This document shows, one piece after another, positions 9,489 to 17,781 of a DNA stretch of 64,000 nucleotides. Location: positions 352 through 64,351 of the forward strand of contig CAKQJZ010000001.1 of the NCBI GenBank assembly GCA_934247875.1. The letters run 5' to 3'. The stretch is from an uncultured Spirochaetales bacterium. GTDB lineage: Bacteria > Spirochaetota > Spirochaetia > Sphaerochaetales > Sphaerochaetaceae. Below the pieces are notes generated by a model. The model did not search any database and had not been told where the DNA came from. It was given only the letters and a program-made list of their open reading frames with translations. The first letter of the stretch is position 1; every line of letters begins with the position of its first letter. Made by a program: the position numbers and the translations under genes.

Positions 9489-10433
9489 ATGGACAGTAAA
9501 TTAATTGTAATTGCAATAGGCGGAAATTCACTGATTGAAGATAGCAAGCATGTAACAGTATCTAGCCAGTATGAAGCTGCTAAGAAGACTGCGCATCATA
9601 TTGCTCGTTTGATCAAAGCTGGAAACAGAGTAGTTATCGCTCATGGTAATGGTCCTCAGGTTGGCTACATCCTAAGAAGGGCAGAGCTATCACAGAAGGT
9701 ATTGCATACAGTACCACTTGACTCATGCGTTGCAGATACTCAGGGCGCTATTGGTTATCAGCTGCAGAATGCACTCGATAATGAGCTTCTTCTCGATGGC
9801 GTAAAGAAGAGCGTTGCAACTGTTGTAACACAGGTTGAAGTCAAAGACGATGATCCATCATTCTCAAATCCTACTAAGCCAATTGGCTCTTTCATGAGCG
9901 AAGAAGATGCAAAAGAGAGAGCAGAGAAAGATGGCTGGGCTGTAGTTGAAGACGCAGGGCGTGGCTGGAGACGTGTCGTTGCTTCTCCTAAGCCTGTTTC
10001 CATAATCGAACTTGAGACAATCAGATGTCTACTAGATAATGGTATTGTAGTAATTGCTGCAGGTGGCGGTGGAATTCCTGTTGTAAAGAGAGAAGATGGC
10101 ACTCTATCAGGAAGAGAAGCTGTAATCGATAAAGACTTAGCTGCTGCTATGCTAGCAAAGGACCTCAATGCAGATTTATTTGTCATTTCAACTGCAGTTG
10201 AGAAAGTTGCTCTTAATTTTGGCAAGCCTGATCAGAAGGATCTGGATACTATCAACTTGGAAGAGGCTGATAGATATATAAAGGAAGGCCACTTTGCTAA
10301 GGGAAGCATGCTTCCAAAGATGGAAGCTGTAACAGACTTCGTAAAGACTACTGGCAACATGGGAATAATCACAGATCCTGCTAATCTTTATGATGCGCTA
10401 TATGGCGATAAGGGCACAAAAGTCATAAAATAG
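9489..10433 (+). CDS. arcC: carbamate kinase
   Basis: The ORF has the motifs IVIAIGGNSL, VIAHGNGPQVG and AAGGGGIPV. The start was moved to the ATG at 9489, which is preceded by AGAGGAAAG. The track ORF begins at 9441. Confidence 0.9.
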   Translation: MDSKLIVIAIGGNSLIEDSKHVTVSSQYEAAKKTAHHIARLIKAGNRVVIAHGNGPQVGYILRRAELSQKVLHTVPLDSCVADTQGAIGYQLQNALDNELLLDGVKKSVATVVTQVEVKDDDPSFSNPTKPIGSFMSEEDAKERAEKDGWAVVEDAGRGWRRVVASPKPVSIIELETIRCLLDNGIVVIAAGGGGIPVVKREDGTLSGREAVIDKDLAAAMLAKDLNADLFVISTAVEKVALNFGKPDQKDLDTINLEEADRYIKEGHFAKGSMLPKMEAVTDFVKTTGNMGIITDPANLYDALYGDKGTKVIK

Positions 10434-10437
10434 AGTT

Positions 10438-10824
10438 ATGGCTAATTTTGAAGAGCTTGAGAGCAGGCTCTCGAAATCTAAATTCAGAGAGCGCTTTCAT
10501 CTTAAAGCAGATGATAAGCTCTATGTATATGAAAAGGGGCTTGGCACAATAAGTGACCAGGCTCTTCATTTTGTAGAGACAAGGTTGAAGAATCCTGAAA
10601 ATGATGGTCGTCAGACGCCTATGAAAGGGCATCCTGTGTTCATTGCACAGCATCATACAGCGACTTGCTGCAGAGGCTGCATCGAGAAGTGGCATAAAAT
10701 AGAGCGTAGCCATATATTAACAGATCAGGAAGAAGAATATATCGTCTCTGTTATCGTCTCATATATTGAAAAAGAGATGGAAGGCTTTATCCCACCACGC
10801 GGTGGTCAGCTTATGCTTTTCTGA
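10438..10824 (+). CDS. DUF4186-like small Cys-motif protein
   Basis: The 128-aa ORF contains the segment GHPVFIAQHHTATCCRGCIEKWH, which I recall as DUF4186. It starts 4 nt after the arcC stop. Confidence 0.6.
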   Translation: MANFEELESRLSKSKFRERFHLKADDKLYVYEKGLGTISDQALHFVETRLKNPENDGRQTPMKGHPVFIAQHHTATCCRGCIEKWHKIERSHILTDQEEEYIVSVIVSYIEKEMEGFIPPRGGQLMLF

Positions 10825-12064
10825 TGGTTTCGCTTGAATATAGCAATAGCATTACTATGTAGTAGCCTAAGTTGGCTTCGAAGAAGAAATGTGAAAGTGC
10901 GAATTTCAATATGATGAGTACAATGAGAAACAGCGCATATAGCTTTCCAGCTTTATATAGCTTTGCTCTTTTCTCTTTTCCAAATAGCGATGTGATATGC
11001 AGGAAGAAGAAGTAGAGAGTAAGCGGTGATATTACCAAAAGCGATGTATTGAAGTATGCAGCTTTATGTATCGACATTGTCTCTAAGAACAGAAGTGCTA
11101 GCGCCATAATGCCAAAAATCAGATAAACAAGCGATAAAAGCCCATGAGAGAGCTTTCTCAGAGTTTTGGGTTTTGCATACTGAAGCAAGGAAATAGCACA
11201 TAAGACTAAAGACAATAAGAAGCACTTGATATAAAAATGAGCATTCTTATTGATAGGGCTCTTTGTCTCTGAGCTATAGAGCTTATCACTCTTGCTGCCT
11301 TGAAACTCTTCTATGCTCTCTCTTAGAACATCTGGAAGAAATGCTGCTTCATATAGTGTCAGATCTTTATCTGTATTTGGACCTAAGAGATAGACAATGC
11401 CAAAAGAGGCAAGAAAGTTAGGGGAGAGATATTCTATAGTGTAATCTCTGAAGCTCTTATGAGTATCTACGCTCATTGCCCACTCTTTATAGCTTCCATC
11501 CATAGCACTATATATATCTCGGAGCCTTGTTGCACAGTTATCTAAGTAGTAGTCATAGAGGTAAGTTCTGTTCTCTGTTTTGTTGTTGTACTCAAGGAAT
11601 GCTATCAGGTTCTTCTTCTGTGTCGCATTGAGATCAAGCTCTAGCTTATATACATCTCTATCTGCGCTCTTTAGAGCAAGTATCCTTGACCTTCCATAAG
11701 ATGCAAGCATTCTGTAATAGAGCTTTCCAAGTGCGAAGTTGATGTAGAATTTCTTATCAAAAGAGAAGACGCCATAGTCAAACATAATGCTTTCGCTGTC
11801 TTCTGTTTCTAGCAAGAATGCTGCGTGTCCGAAGTACTCCCAGATTTCGTCTCCTCTTCCGCCAGTAATCAAAGAGATAGTGACTTTGTCATAGTATTCT
11901 CTTTCGCTTTCTGTTAAAGATGTGGACCATGAAAAGCTCTGAAGCTCTTTTTCGCTATAAAACAGGTTGTCTCTGATTTCAATGGACTCTCCATTATTGA
12001 ATGAGACTGCAAACAGAATTGCATTAGCAAAAATAATAGCAATAAGACAAATCAGCTTTTTCAC
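10811..12064 (-). CDS. DUF4105 (Lnb N-terminal) domain membrane protein
   Basis: The motifs WEYFGHAAFLL and YLYDYYLDNCATRLRD match the DUF4105 pattern. The C-terminal part has multiple TM helices. The start was set at the GTG at 12064, giving the signal-like sequence VKKLICLIAIIFANAILFA. The longer track ORF would overlap recO. Confidence 0.6.
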   Translation of the reverse strand: MKKLICLIAIIFANAILFAVSFNNGESIEIRDNLFYSEKELQSFSWSTSLTESEREYYDKVTISLITGGRGDEIWEYFGHAAFLLETEDSESIMFDYGVFSFDKKFYINFALGKLYYRMLASYGRSRILALKSADRDVYKLELDLNATQKKNLIAFLEYNNKTENRTYLYDYYLDNCATRLRDIYSAMDGSYKEWAMSVDTHKSFRDYTIEYLSPNFLASFGIVYLLGPNTDKDLTLYEAAFLPDVLRESIEEFQGSKSDKLYSSETKSPINKNAHFYIKCFLLSLVLCAISLLQYAKPKTLRKLSHGLLSLVYLIFGIMALALLFLETMSIHKAAYFNTSLLVISPLTLYFFFLHITSLFGKEKRAKLYKAGKLYALFLIVLIILKFALSHFFFEANLGYYIVMLLLYSSETIRKA

Positions 12065-12134
12065 AGCTAAATAGTAGCACTCTGGAGGATTCTCGGCTAT
12101 TGCCAACTTTGGAAAGGTGGCATAGTCTCTAATT

Positions 12135-12869
12135 ATGATTCGAGATAGCAAGACTACAGGCATTGTGATAAAGACAGAGAATGCAAGAGAAAAAGATAAG
12201 CTTCTCTCTATTCTTACTCCAGATGAAGGAGTTATCAGAGTCTTAGTCTATGGCGCACAGAAGAGTGTAAAGAGCATTAAGGCTTCTTTATATAGCGAAG
12301 GAATGTTCTCGCTATATAAAAAGAAGGATGGTGATATATACACACTCAAAGATCTCGATATCATAGCGCTTCATGAATATATCTCTGAAAATCTTGATAA
12401 AATAGCTGCTGCAGCTCTGTTTTCTGAGCTGATGATCAAAAGCAGAACTTCAGAAGTCAACCTTTATAGATTATATATTGATGCGATAGATTCTCTTGAA
12501 AGAGAAGATTACCAGAAGGTTGTTATCTCTTTCTCTATAAAGTTTCTCTCTTTTTCAGGTCTGATTGGAGATTTCAAGCATTGCCCATCGTGCTTAAGAG
12601 AATATAAAGCTGATGAGGTTTTGGGTTTTTCTCCTATTCTATCTACTGCTGTATGCCATGATTGTGATAAACTAGAAGGGCAGATGATTCTGCCACCTAG
12701 CGCTAGACGATACCTCGAGCGTGTTCTTTCTATCCCTATGCTGGATTCATTTGCTTTGAATCTCAGCAAAGAACAGCTATATAGAATATATCGCTATGTG
12801 CTTAGAACGCTTGAGAGGTGTTTCCCTTCGTCTCTTGATACACTCTCGTCAGGCTTATTGGTTTGGTAA
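12135..12869 (+). CDS. recO: DNA repair protein RecO
   Basis: The 244-aa ORF has an N-terminal OB-like region (GIVIKTENAREKDKLLSILTPDEGVIRVLVYGA) and a CxxC...CxxC zinc motif (CPSC...CHDC). Confidence 0.85.
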   Translation: MIRDSKTTGIVIKTENAREKDKLLSILTPDEGVIRVLVYGAQKSVKSIKASLYSEGMFSLYKKKDGDIYTLKDLDIIALHEYISENLDKIAAAALFSELMIKSRTSEVNLYRLYIDAIDSLEREDYQKVVISFSIKFLSFSGLIGDFKHCPSCLREYKADEVLGFSPILSTAVCHDCDKLEGQMILPPSARRYLERVLSIPMLDSFALNLSKEQLYRIYRYVLRTLERCFPSSLDTLSSGLLVW

Positions 12870-12878
12870 GGAAAAGCT

Positions 12879-14990
12879 ATGAATATATATATGAAAGAGT
12901 GCCGTACAGATCAGGTGCGTGCGCTCTCAGAGAGGTATGGCATCTCTCTCTTATCGTCTACTGTGCTGACACGACGCGGAGTAGAAGATGATGAGATGCT
13001 GGACTTTTTAGAGGATGAGTTTCTCTATCAGCATAGTCCATTTACTGTTGAGGACATATACTCAGCTATAGAGCGCATAGATGAGGCTATAGAAGAGAAA
13101 GAGAAGATCCTTATTTTCGGAGATAGAGATACAGATGGTGTTACAGCTACAGCTATTCTCTATAGAACGCTGAAAAAGCTAGGTGCTGAGAATCTTGATT
13201 ACATGCTTCCCTCCGGTGATGACTCATATGGCTTAACTCAGGATGTTGCAGCTACTATCCTAGAGCGGGGCTATAGCCTTGTCATAACTGTAGACAATGG
13301 AATATCTGCCATCGATGAGATAAGAATGCTCAAAAAGAGCGGCGTTGATGTAATTGTCACAGATCATCATCTGCCAGGCATGACGCTTCCACCTGCTATT
13401 GCGATTATAGATCCAAAAGTAGAAGGCTCTGGCTACCCATTTGATGGGCTTGCTGGGTGCGCTGTTGCGGCAAAGCTTTCATGGGCGCTCTTGTTTTCAA
13501 AGACTCCGCTATATAACTCCTCGCTTATTCTTCTTCATTCAGAGCCTGGCAACGGTACTGTAAGAATCAATGCAGTTAAGCTTGAGAACCTTGTTGAGAT
13601 AGATAGGATCAATGAGGAAGTGCTTGAAGGAAACGGAGCCGTCATGGGAAGCCGTCTCTTTGATTTCCTATCATGCAATCTTCCTATAGTTGTACTTGAT
13701 GCAAAGACAGAGAAGAATATGCTTGCTTTGGCATTTGGAAGCAGTGTCGACATATCATTGGTTGATTTCCGTCCTCAGTTAGAAGCTGCAATGCCGAGTG
13801 CTAGAAACGTATCGCTCTATGAGCTTTCAAAAAAGAGCAGAGCTGCGCGCTATACAACAAACAATAAAGAACTTGAAACGCTCTTATCGCTTTTCAAGAG
13901 CGTATCATTGTTTTCAAACCCATCTTTATATAAAGAGTTTGAGACTATCATGCAGCTTGAGACTATAGGCACAATTTCAGATCTGATGCCAATGAGAAGG
14001 GAGAATAGGCTGATAGTAAAAAAAGGACTGAAGCTGCTCTCTACTAAGCCAATGACTTCGCTTTCGTATCTGCTTGCAACGCAGAACCTGATCTCAAGGC
14101 CAATCAGTGCTAAAGATATATCATATAAGCTGACTCCAGTTCTCAATGCAGCGGGGCGCATGGGCATGCCTGAAGTTGCACTTGAGCTGCTGCTTACAGA
14201 TGATGTAGTCAGAGCTGAAGAGATAGCCAATGAGCTTTTGTCACTTAATAAAGCACGCCAAGCTCAGGAGATGGATTCTATATCACTGATTAAAGATAAG
14301 ATAAAAGATAGCTATGAAGAATTAGACAAGAAGATGATTGTAGTTGAAGACCCAAGAATCCCAAGAGGCTTGACAGGAATCATCTCATCAAAGATCTCGA
14401 ATGAATACTCTGTGCCAACGCTTGTGCTTGCAACAGTAGAAGGAGACAGAGTATCTGCCTCTTTGAGATGCAAGAAGCCATATAACGCAAGAACTCTGCT
14501 CTCAAACTTTGAAGATCTGCTTGATGACTATGGCGGACATGCATTCGCAGCAGGCTTCTCAATGCCTTTTGCCAATTTAGATACGTTTTTAGAGAGAATT
14601 AAAGAATATGTGCTCAATTTCATGGAGCCAAGTGAAGAAGATGAAGCAATCGAGGTCGATGCTGAAATTCCAGCACCTTTCATGAATGATTCAATCTTTG
14701 AAACGCTATCTCTCTTTGAACCATTTGGACAAGAGAATGAGAACCTTAAGTTCTATATAAAAGAAGCAGTTATTGAGAGCGTATTGCCATCCCAGGATCC
14801 TCGCTATCTGCGCTTTACGCTGCGCTATGGTGCCAATGCCTGGCCAGCTATCTGGTGGAGAAGTAAAGACAGAGACAAGTACGTCCCAGGAGCTCGTGTG
14901 ACTCTTGTATTCTCTCCTGATCTCAATTATTGGAGAGGTGAGAGAAAAGAACAGCTGATCATAGAGGAAATGGAGGCTTTGGAGAGTTGA
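12879..14990 (+). CDS. recJ: single-stranded-DNA-specific exonuclease RecJ
   Basis: It carries the DHH-family motifs IFGDRDTDGVTA, VDNG and VTDHH, and the DHHA1 motif GGHAFAAG. Confidence 0.93.
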   Translation: MNIYMKECRTDQVRALSERYGISLLSSTVLTRRGVEDDEMLDFLEDEFLYQHSPFTVEDIYSAIERIDEAIEEKEKILIFGDRDTDGVTATAILYRTLKKLGAENLDYMLPSGDDSYGLTQDVAATILERGYSLVITVDNGISAIDEIRMLKKSGVDVIVTDHHLPGMTLPPAIAIIDPKVEGSGYPFDGLAGCAVAAKLSWALLFSKTPLYNSSLILLHSEPGNGTVRINAVKLENLVEIDRINEEVLEGNGAVMGSRLFDFLSCNLPIVVLDAKTEKNMLALAFGSSVDISLVDFRPQLEAAMPSARNVSLYELSKKSRAARYTTNNKELETLLSLFKSVSLFSNPSLYKEFETIMQLETIGTISDLMPMRRENRLIVKKGLKLLSTKPMTSLSYLLATQNLISRPISAKDISYKLTPVLNAAGRMGMPEVALELLLTDDVVRAEEIANELLSLNKARQAQEMDSISLIKDKIKDSYEELDKKMIVVEDPRIPRGLTGIISSKISNEYSVPTLVLATVEGDRVSASLRCKKPYNARTLLSNFEDLLDDYGGHAFAAGFSMPFANLDTFLERIKEYVLNFMEPSEEDEAIEVDAEIPAPFMNDSIFETLSLFEPFGQENENLKFYIKEAVIESVLPSQDPRYLRFTLRYGANAWPAIWWRSKDRDKYVPGARVTLVFSPDLNYWRGERKEQLIIEEMEALES

Positions 14991-15062
14991 CATCATTCTC
15001 TCTTTTTTATATTCTCTCATAGGATTCTGACCCGTTTAAGGGAAAGGGGGTGATTGATTAAT

Positions 15063-15272
15063 ATGGCATACGTAAAGGTCGATGACAACGAACCACTAGA
15101 GAAGTCTATCAAGCGTTTCAAGAGAATGGTTGAGAAAGAAGGCATTATCAGAGAGTGGAAGAAGCGTGAGTATTTCGAAAAGCCCTCTACCATCAAGAAC
15201 CGCAAGAACAAAGCTCTTGCTAGAAAGCAGATGAAGAAGGTCAGAAAGATGCACGCATCAAAGGCTTACTAA
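15063..15272 (+). CDS. rpsU: 30S ribosomal protein S21
   Basis: The product [42 protein letters not shown] is typical of S21. An AAGGGGG RBS is present. Confidence 0.95.
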   Translation: MAYVKVDDNEPLEKSIKRFKRMVEKEGIIREWKKREYFEKPSTIKNRKNKALARKQMKKVRKMHASKAY

Positions 15273-15279
15273 GTCAATG

Positions 15280-15305
15280 GCACCCTAATCGGGTGCTTCT
15301 TTTTT
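15280..15305 (+). terminator. rho-independent terminator after rpsU
   Basis: A stem pairs GCACCC (15280-15285) with GGGTGC (15291-15296), followed by TTCTTTTTTT. Confidence 0.7.
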
Positions 15306-15526
15306 GCCGTTAAACTAAAGAATGTCTATTTAAATAGTCAGAGTACTCCATCTATAGCAAAGCTTAGGTGGCAATGAATGGCTATAATCAGGAAATATCT
15401 CTTGATTAAATCTTTATGAAATAATGATTTAATGCTATATTATATATGTGGATGAAGCTGTTAGATTAACCAAGAACGAAACAATCAAAAAACAAGGGCA
15501 AAGCGACTAGAGAGCGCCACGCTAAG

Positions 15527-16785
15527 ATGCGCCCTGTTGCTATAGAATTAAAGCTTGATCTTAATTGCCTTAACATCAAAGAGCGTTCTAAACTGTTCTC
15601 TTATTTCACTGAGTGCCGATGGCTCTGCAATTACTTATTAAGCTTATCCAAAGATGAATTCATCTCTTTCGATACCAAGACACGTGATATAACATCACTT
15701 GATAAGGATGGCAATGCCGTTGAACGTCATTTGGATTTGCCAGCTAAATTCATCCAATCAGTCAAAGCAGGCCTTGTACAGGATATGGCTTCGCTTGCTG
15801 CAAAGAGAGAGAGAAGACAGGCAAGGCCAATGGCAAGCTGAAGTTCCGTTCTGAGTATAATGCCATTCATCTGAACCAATATGAGGATACTCATTGGATT
15901 GTCAATGGTTCAGATGGAAATAAGAATGGGAAGTATAAGAATACTATTCATATAGCAGGCATCAGGCGCCCTATCAGAGTATTTGGCATGAAGAGAATAC
16001 AGGCTGGTGCTGAATTCTCATGTGCCAGATTGGTTAAGAGACCATCTGGCATTTATCTGATGCTGACATGCTTTGTTCCTAATAACAATACAGAGCTTAA
16101 TACTAAAGCCATTGGTTTTGATAATGCCATCGGCATCGACTTCGGCATCAAGACTACTATAACAACCTCTGAAAATGAGAAGTTTGATATATCAATCCGA
16201 GAATCGAAACGCCTGAAAGGACTGCAGCGGAAGCTTGCACGTCAAATAAAGGGTTCCAGGGGCTGGTATAATACCAAGCATCTCATAAAGAGGGAGTATG
16301 AGCATATTGCAAACAGACGAAGAGATAAGGCGAATAAGACTTATCACAATCTGATTACAAAACACAGCTTAATCGTCATGCAGGATGAGAATATAGCTGG
16401 ATGGCACAAAGGACTCTTTGGAAAGCAGGTTCAGAACTCAGCTTTAGGCACTATCAAGGATAAACTCTTGCATAGTCCTAAAGCGATGGTAATCAACAGA
16501 TACTTTCCATCTACGAAGATGTGCCCAAACTGTGGTGCAATCAAAAACGATATCTCACTATCTGACAGAACATACATCTGTGATTGTTGTGGCTATACTG
16601 AGGATAGAGACGCCAAAAGCGGCAAAGCACTGCTTCTAGCAGGTAAGCATTTAATCACCTGCTCTTGTGCGGAACACACGAGTACTCCAGTGGAGGGGAT
16701 GTCTGACTTCGATACTCAATTTGAGATATGGAAGCGGTCCTCGAACATAAAAGAAGCTGGAAGCCTCTCCCTTAGCAGATGCTAG
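15527..16785 (+). pseudogene. tnpB: TnpB-like RNA-guided endonuclease (OrfB_IS605), split by a frameshift in an (AG)5 tract
   Basis: Track ORFs 15527..15841 and 15988..16785 are one gene. The second frame is already open from 15748 and reads KEREKTGKANGKLKFRSEY. The motifs are RuvC-I GIDFGIKT, RuvC-II MQDENIAGW, Zn ribbon CPNCG...CDCCG and RuvC-III EDRDAKSG. Removing one AG unit at 15804-15813 gives a continuous 418-aa ORF. Confidence 0.85.
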
Positions 16786-16805
16786 GAAGAGGTAGTTCAC
16801 CATAA
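16620..16805 (+). ncRNA. candidate omega (re)RNA scaffold overlapping the tnpB 3' end
   Basis: This call rests on position, by analogy with characterised TnpB systems. An imperfect 11-12 bp hairpin (16764-16776 pairing with 16781-16792) spans the stop codon. The protein tail reads TPVE...EAGS. The exact ends and the guide are unknown. Confidence 0.3.
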
Positions 16806-16836
16806 TTTATGATTACATAAAAATAATCAAATTAAT

Positions 16837-16865
16837 TTGACATACACATTAATGCATGTGATACT
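16837..16865 (+). promoter_or_regulatory. sigma70-like promoter of serA with an inverted repeat in the spacer
   Basis: TTGACA (16837-16842) is followed by a 17-nt spacer and GATACT (16860-16865). The spacer contains CACAT-N6-ATGTG (16845-16860). Confidence 0.4.
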
Positions 16866-16896
16866 TTTTTATAAATATAGAAATAAGGAGATCGTT

Positions 16897-17781
16897 ATGT
16901 TGATTCTTATATCAGATGCATTTGATAAAAGTCTTCCTGGAAAACTATCAGTATTTGGCGAAGTAACAGAGGATACATCTCGCTTGAAAGAAGCTGATGT
17001 GCTTTTGATTCGTTCTAAAACAAAAGCTACAAGTGAATATCTTTCTGAAGCTAAAAAACTTAAGCTCATTATCCGCGGCGGCGTTGGCATGGATAATATC
17101 GATAAAGACTATTGCCGTGAGCATGGCATCATTGCTACTAACACACCTCGCTCTTCAGCTATTGCTGTTGCAGAGCTTGCATTCGCATTGATGATCTCCA
17201 CACCTTGTCATATTCCTTTCTATGATAGCACAATGAAGAAGGGTGAGTGGGCAAAGAAGACTAAGAGAACAGAGCTTTATGGCAAGACATTAGCTCTTCT
17301 TGGTATTGGAAATATTGCAACTAAAGTTGCAGAAAGAGCTCAGGCATTTGGAATGAAGGTTGTTGCTTATGATAAGTATGTAGCTTCTTCTCCTGTTGCT
17401 GAGATGATGAGTCTTGAAGATGCTGTTAAGAATGCTGATTACATCTCAATGCACCTTCCATTTACTCCAGAGACAGATAAGATGGTCAATGCTGAGTTAA
17501 TCTCCAAAATGACTAAAGCTCCTGTTATCATCAATACAGGACGTGGCAAGTGCGTAGATGAGGCAGCTGTAGCAGATGCGCTTAAGAGCGGCAAGCTCTC
17601 ATGGTTCTGCACTGATGTATATTCATCTGAGCCTCCAGTAATTGCAGAGAATCCACTATTCTCTTGTGATAACGTAACATTCTCACCACACGTTGGTGCT
17701 AATACAGTTGAAAACCTCCTCAGAATCGGAGAAGAGGTATTCGAGACAATCAAGAAATACAAAGAGGAGGGTAAAATCTGA
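16897..17781 (+). CDS. serA: D-3-phosphoglycerate dehydrogenase, short form (D-2-hydroxyacid dehydrogenase family)
   Basis: The 294-aa ORF has the NAD-binding motif GLLGIGNIATKVAERA-like (LALLGIGNIA) and the catalytic-region motif INTGRG...D. It sits directly upstream of serC. The ATG at 16897 has an AAGGAG RBS. Confidence 0.85.
   Translation: MLILISDAFDKSLPGKLSVFGEVTEDTSRLKEADVLLIRSKTKATSEYLSEAKKLKLIIRGGVGMDNIDKDYCREHGIIATNTPRSSAIAVAELAFALMISTPCHIPFYDSTMKKGEWAKKTKRTELYGKTLALLGIGNIATKVAERAQAFGMKVVAYDKYVASSPVAEMMSLEDAVKNADYISMHLPFTPETDKMVNAELISKMTKAPVIINTGRGKCVDEAAVADALKSGKLSWFCTDVYSSEPPVIAENPLFSCDNVTFSPHVGANTVENLLRIGEEVFETIKKYKEEGKI

Larger units (their letters stand above)
15320..16805 (+). 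mobile_element. IS200/IS605-superfamily element carrying only tnpB (ends approximate)
   Basis: A tnpB-like ORF pair plus flanking non-coding DNA is inserted between the rpsU terminator and the serA promoter. No tnpA is present. The ends are not defined from a single copy. Confidence 0.5.

Noticed and set aside
9758-10225. A 155-aa minus-strand ORF lies inside arcC. Similar ORFs occur at 54732..55205, 4460..4927, 1953..2387, 53431..53799 and 7443..7868.
   Set aside because: All are antisense to strongly supported genes and have Ser/Pro/Leu-rich low-complexity translations. None has an RBS.
15341-15350. The 10-mer GAGTACTCCA upstream of tnpB is repeated at 16680-16689. This raised the possibility of shared subterminal hairpin sequence between the left and right ends.
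   Set aside because: The second copy lies about 100 nt inside the tnpB coding region rather than at the element end. Neither copy forms a convincing hairpin. A single 10-mer match could be chance. It is worth re-examining only if other copies of the element define the ends.
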